Assembly: GCA_032718475.1 (NCBI GenBank)
Contig: JAUCBJ010003138.1
Location: 33,472-97,471, forward strand
Length of the DNA: 64,000 nt
Reading direction: 5' to 3'
Source: Nemertoderma westbladi
Lineage: Eukaryota > Animalia > Xenacoelomorpha
The notes beneath the pieces were generated by a model. That model had not been told where the DNA came from. It saw nothing but the letters and a program-made list of their open reading frames with translations, and did not search any database. This document shows positions 58,980 to 64,000 of this stretch, piece by piece. The position numbers were made by a program, and so were the translations under genes. Within the stretch, counting starts at the first letter, position 1; the number at the start of each line of letters is the position of its first letter.

Positions 58980-61529
58980 ATGGCGAGTAAGTTGATCAGA
59001 AAGAGAAAAGCGGAGTCAGGAGGAAAGGAGATACTGGTGGATTTCACCGAGAGGCATCCGGAAGAGAAGACGAGAGGATACTACGAGAGGTTAGAAAGGG
59101 GTCACGCGGCGCGAGCGCTGCAGGATCACTTCAGGGAGATGCACGAACAGCGGCTGGTCAGGACCTACGGGACGCCGTCGCTGGACAATGCGATCTTCCA
59201 ACACTTCCACTACGTGGTGAAAGGGGACGAGGCGAAGTTCGGGATTCCGAAGTACCCGAGGGAATCACCGAGGAAGGACTGGAAGAGATTCATAGAGTCC
59301 GTCAACAGAGGAGGATATATGATCCTAGACGACGAGGGAACTGTGGAAGACGAGGCGGGTTCGAGACGAGGAACGGCGGGGTCGGCCAGGACCATACTCC
59401 TACATTTGGCCGCGCCAAATGGGGACATCTTCTTATTCGATCTAGGAACGTATGGGAAGAAGGACGGGCCGAAATTAAACCGGTTACCGAAAGCGGTACA
59501 AGTCTTAGTAAGAGAGAAGTCGACGACGAAAGTGGGATCGGCGATTCGCGAGGATGCGGAGAGGATCATCGGTCCGGACGCCACCAACCTCCTGGATATG
59601 CAGAAAGTCTTTATGGCTATGACGGCACCGGATGGGTTGGGGGTAGTCGAAAACACAGGCCAATGCGGGGCGGTGGCGATGGGCCAATTATTGGGGCTCG
59701 TATGCCACAAACCGATGGACTGGGGGAAGTTTAGGGAAGAGTACGGAGCAGAACTAGCGAACTCGCTAAAGTGGGGAGCGAGACCGGGAAAGCAGGAGGT
59801 ATATCAGTTCCGCAGGGGAGCGATAAAGGTATATCAGAAGCGATATATCCTGCAGGAGGACTGGATGATGATAAGTTTGCTTAACTTATTCATGACCGTG
59901 GTTATCGAGAGGGAACCAGGGGCATTTCTGTTATCGGGATCACCCCTAAGCTACAGGAGAGCCTTTAAGACGGCCTTTGACGGTCTGGTAGACCACCTGG
60001 GGCTGAAGGGCGAGTCGGTGTACTACAACAGCCGGCATCTGGTAGACGGGGCGACAGATACACCGTATCAGAGATGGGAGCAGCTAGAGACGGATAGACG
60101 AGAAGCAAAGCGACTGGAAGAAGTCGCTAGACGGGAGAGGATAGAAGCAGAGGAGAGGGAAGAGGAGGCCAGGACACAGAGTTACGGCTTCGAGGAACAG
60201 GCAGGCCTAGACGAACTTCATTGGACTTCATCAGGGAGTTCGGGGGAGTCTCTAGGGCGAGAATTGGGATGGACGGTGGGATCGCCGAAGCAGTCGACGT
60301 CGGGGTTGCAAACGATGCCCATACCAGCGGGCGCCGAGGGCGACCAACCGCCAAGGAAGTTAAGGGAGCTAGAGGGATGGAGAGCTACGGGCGAGAGCCA
60401 AGGCGGGAAGGGACATAGTGGATCCATCGGGATACCGGGATTGGAGACACTACCAGAAGAGGAGGACGACGACGACGAGTTCGGAGAGATGCCGCCCATC
60501 GAGAGGATAGGCCACTCGGACACGGACTGGGTTGGCGGAAGGGTGGTGATGGCCAGTGGGGCGAGGGCCTTCTGGAACAGATCCGGCAAGCGGACCTGGG
60601 TGCACGAGGAGCCGGCGATGGATTTCGCGGGGAGCACCATCAGGTTGGGCGAGCAACCGGGGACGGCACCACGGATAGTATTCGGGGAGACGATGCCCGA
60701 GAGGGGCGGAGAGATCGACGTAGATAGAGAGACCAACGTAGAGAAGTTCGCCTACCAGCGACTCCACAGACCGCGGAGATCGCTTGGGACGAAAGACGAG
60801 GTGGGACGGGAGACATTGGTACTCGGCTGCGACTACTGTGGGAGACAGACCCATCGGGAAAGCAGCTGCCTATACCGGTTCCAACAGGGAACCTTTTGTC
60901 TCTACTGCAGAGAACCAAGCCACAGGATGGGGGCGTGTCCACGGTTGCATAACCGATGTCCAAAGTGCCACTTTCGGGGACACTACGGACGCGAGTGCGA
61001 CTGGATGAACGACAAGGAGAAGTTCACAAGATTCGAGGAGTGGGCCGACGTCGGGGCCATGACGCGCCAGCGCATGAAGGCCCAGGAGTTCAAGTGGGGT
61101 TTCTTCCTTATCAATCAGGAGACTCACATGGAAATCATAAAGCGGAGGCTACCGTTTACCTACCAAGAGGTAGCAACGGCGGCGTCGTACGCTGGAGTAA
61201 TGAACACGCAAAGGTATTTGGACAGGTGGACGCCAGAGAACCGAAGGGAGTTTAGGGATTTCTTGGCGGAGCACGTACCAAAGGCAATGAAAATGATCCT
61301 ATGGGACGCCACCAGAGGGAGACAACCGGGCCACTCTGAGGGACCACCGGCGAAGCGATATCGGGCACTAATAACACCAGCGCCCAAGGAGCCAACGACC
61401 GGGATCAGCAAGGAAGTGGCGGCGAAGGTCCGAAAGCAGAAAGCGGATGATGCCAGAGGAACGGTGATAACCAAGAAACGGCCCAGGGAAGAGGACGCCA
61501 GGGGGAACTATCCCCAGAGGAACAGATAG
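58980..61529 (+). CDS. LTR-element ORF3 (849 aa): DEDDy/RNase D-WRN-like 3'-5' exonuclease domain plus three CCHC zinc knuckles
   Basis: ExoI ILDDEG; LLHLAAPNGDIFLFDL; LPKAVQVLVREKSTTKVGSAIREDAERI (ExoII); QKRYILQED (ExoIII-like); CDYC..H..C, CLYC..H..C, CPKC..H..C. Confidence 0.8.
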   Translation: MASKLIRKRKAESGGKEILVDFTERHPEEKTRGYYERLERGHAARALQDHFREMHEQRLVRTYGTPSLDNAIFQHFHYVVKGDEAKFGIPKYPRESPRKDWKRFIESVNRGGYMILDDEGTVEDEAGSRRGTAGSARTILLHLAAPNGDIFLFDLGTYGKKDGPKLNRLPKAVQVLVREKSTTKVGSAIREDAERIIGPDATNLLDMQKVFMAMTAPDGLGVVENTGQCGAVAMGQLLGLVCHKPMDWGKFREEYGAELANSLKWGARPGKQEVYQFRRGAIKVYQKRYILQEDWMMISLLNLFMTVVIEREPGAFLLSGSPLSYRRAFKTAFDGLVDHLGLKGESVYYNSRHLVDGATDTPYQRWEQLETDRREAKRLEEVARRERIEAEEREEEARTQSYGFEEQAGLDELHWTSSGSSGESLGRELGWTVGSPKQSTSGLQTMPIPAGAEGDQPPRKLRELEGWRATGESQGGKGHSGSIGIPGLETLPEEEDDDDEFGEMPPIERIGHSDTDWVGGRVVMASGARAFWNRSGKRTWVHEEPAMDFAGSTIRLGEQPGTAPRIVFGETMPERGGEIDVDRETNVEKFAYQRLHRPRRSLGTKDEVGRETLVLGCDYCGRQTHRESSCLYRFQQGTFCLYCREPSHRMGACPRLHNRCPKCHFRGHYGRECDWMNDKEKFTRFEEWADVGAMTRQRMKAQEFKWGFFLINQETHMEIIKRRLPFTYQEVATAASYAGVMNTQRYLDRWTPENRREFRDFLAEHVPKAMKMILWDATRGRQPGHSEGPPAKRYRALITPAPKEPTTGISKEVAAKVRKQKADDARGTVITKKRPREEDARGNYPQRNR

Positions 61530-62236
61530 GTTCCCAGAGTCGAGGGATAGAGACTGAGACTGGGACGTGGTGCGCCTGGAAGGCGCCGCGTGGGACGTAC
61601 GAACTATTAAGTACAAATTTAATTAATGCAAATAATCATATAAGTGCAATTTGTATGTACGTATGTAGTAATTAGTAATCTACAAATATACGCTGGGAGT
61701 AAGTACTATAGTCATACAACCTTTCTCAATTAGCTACTGGGACTGGGGGATAACTGACTATGGCACTATGGACGAGACACCAGACAATTTCACACTTCTT
61801 GAGTGCGACGGCACAAGAGGGGGGGGGAGATTCGTCTGAAGGGATGAGGCAGTCGAAGTAGGGTTGAGGGACAGAGTAATAGTGCGAAGTACAGAGAGAG
61901 TGCGGACGCAATTCTAGTGTGGGGGGGGAGAATAAGAGACTGAGTAAGGGACGAGGAGGTCCGAGTGTATGAGAGAGTTAGGATGAGAGTGAAGAAGAGA
62001 TAGGGCGGAAGTGTTGGGGAAACAAAAGTTGCGTGAGAGGTGAGCGCGATCGGCCCGACATGAGACGCCAGGCACACAGGGTAGCGTTATCATACACATA
62101 GGGGGCGGCCTGGAAAGCCGGCTCCGAGAGAAAAGAATTCCACCCCACACCCGATACTAGATCGGGATCCAGCGGGATTGTAGCGCACTTTTTGGTTGAT
62201 GCTATCTTCTTACCGGGAAGATAGCATGGGGGGGAG

Positions 62237-62778
62237 TGTTAGCTTATTCAATCCCGCTAACACCCCACAAAGTTATAAGCCGATAAGCAATATTGGGAGC
62301 CACGAGATTGGGTAATTAACCAACTCGTGCCACCCCAATAAGAATGGGAAGGAAGCACACAATGAGGGTCAGGGGCCAAACCCCTAACCCAGAGAGAATA
62401 GGTGGAGTGAACGGGAACACTCCAAAGGGCGCCAACAAGGGTATCAACCAATCAGAGGGGGGAAAGGCATCGATTAGGTAAAGTAACAAGGCCAACCGTG
62501 CAATATAGCCACTTGGCAGTAATCATACCAATTCAGTTATCTCAGTGCAATACCGGTGCTAGATTAGGTTACAATAGTTTAGCTAGGGAAGGACCGGGAC
62601 TTTAGTTACCGTATCCCGCCTTCCGTATACGACAATATATCTCATACCTATATCTATATCTATATCTGCATATTATATTATATACGACAAACAGTACAAA
62701 CTCATTTACTCTTTATACACGGCGGGGACGCGTGAACTAAAACCGGATAAACCGGGATCCCTCTTGGATCCCGTCACA
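62237..62778 (+). repeat. 3' LTR (542 bp)
   Basis: Direct repeat of 47095-47630, followed by TSD CTTAT. Confidence 0.95.
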
Positions 62779-64000
62779 CTTATTGTATTTTTCGAGCCGC
62801 ACATTGACAAATATCCAAAAATGCCCTAATCAACAATGTACGATATATTTCAGTATCATATTCGTGATCAGCATCCCAAAAAAACTGTATAGTCATAAGA
62901 TCAATTTGATTTTGTGGTGAGTTTTCATTATCATATTTGCATTACACAACTTATTTTTTTCGTGCCCCAGAGGGCACATTCAAAATTACCAAAAATTATC
63001 TCGAATGTTATATTTGAGTTCTATAATCCTGATCAGAGTCCAAAACAACCGCTATATACCGCAAATAAATTAATGTTAGTCAATTATAAAACCTTTTCCA
63101 ACTTTTAGCAAGAAAAGGAGCGAGGAGTTGCTGGAAGATGGGGACCACAGCTCGCCAAAACTAACACAGCCTTGTAAATGGCTTTTGCTCTGTTTGATAG
63201 ACCATTAAATTTTAGGAAAGGTCACGAAACCTCGATTTTAAAAACAAACCTGACTCAGAGATATAAATAAATCACAAAAAATTTATAAAATGACCCCCCC
63301 CCCCCCCCCCCCGGGCCAAATAGGGATCATCCTTTTATAACTGTGGTGTTTAGACAGTTTAACTACACTACTGGAGTGATTCTCACTCAGATTCAGTGCA
63401 TAAAGAATCGCTATTTTATTTAAAATAACATTTACATTGGTGGCTAACTCTACAGTACCGGTAGTCCAGTCCGTATTACAAAATGCGTTACTTGGCATAT
63501 TTTCAATTGTAGTATGTTTTAGTAGTATTATAGTATATACATCGACCACACCTACTGGATGCATCGCTAGCCAGCCCCTCAACTAAACATCCTCGTCAGC
63601 CATGTAAATCGCAAATATTTGGGCATTATAAAAAAACTGCAATAGACTTTCAGCATACTTTCAGGATTTTAAATGGCTTACCACCATATTTTTTCTCGCC
63701 AGCCGGCTGCCTAGAACAAAGTCATGCACATCGCAGATGATAAGTTGTTCTACTGTACTACAGTATCATAGCAGTTGCCATAATGTAATAGGGAAAGCGA
63801 TTATTTTTGTAATCATACGGACACAGATAGGGGGGATGGGGGGGAGGGGGGGGGACTGCACGCAATAAAAATTCATCCCTCTCCAAGGGAATTAGTCGCA
63901 AATAACTGTTGATTATTCGAAAAAAACTGTATCCTGTTCTATTGTGTTGAGTTTATTTGTTTTGGTTAAAATAAGGTGGGATATTAATTAGCCAAGATGG

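Larger units (their letters stand above)
47095..62778 (+). mobile_element. BEL/Pao LTR retrotransposon with an extra ORF3
   Basis: LTRs 47095-47630 and 62237-62778; TSD CTTAT; PPT 62228-62236; PR-RT-RH-IN order with BEL motifs. Confidence 0.96.
46473..63329. mobile_element. TTAACCCT-type non-autonomous TIR element hosting the BEL insertion
   Basis: Left TTAACCCTATCTGGC..G-run GTCATTT; right AAATGAC C-run GGGCCAAATAGGG; internal inverted gatcacga/tcgtgatc motifs. Confidence 0.6.

Noticed and set aside
58980-61529. ORF3 as an envelope protein or a second gag
   Set aside because: No signal peptide, TM or fusion features; exonuclease motifs dominate; gag is already present upstream.

Overview
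Eukaryotic (AT-rich, probably invertebrate animal) genomic DNA dominated by nested retroelements and repeats, with one host gene. (1) 1782-19842: a ~312-bp solo LTR interrupted by a 5'-truncated poly(A) LINE and by a full-length minus-strand APE-RT LINE. The giant ORF1 of that LINE carries a Ulp1/SENP-like protease plus an RRM and is itself split by a non-autonomous LTR element (10317-16969). (2) 20-25 kb: non-autonomous TIR elements and CRE-like and RTE fragments. (3) 27361-42439: a 9-exon SLC10 (Na+/bile-acid cotransporter family) gene on the minus strand, whose introns hold a 43-bp minisatellite that arose inside a CRE-like retroelement, a foldback element and a 35-bp satellite. (4) 47095-62778: a BEL/Pao LTR retrotransposon with degenerate gag-pol, an RTE insertion and an intact 849-aa ORF3 encoding a DEDDy-type 3'-5' exonuclease plus three CCHC knuckles. 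Main lead: both related LTR elements lack a tRNA primer-binding site. Their PBS is instead complementary to a segment inside their own LTR, with matching length variation between the two subfamilies. This suggests Tf1-like self-primed reverse transcription in a BEL/Pao lineage, possibly linked to the captured exonuclease. All calls are by eye; no database searches were run.
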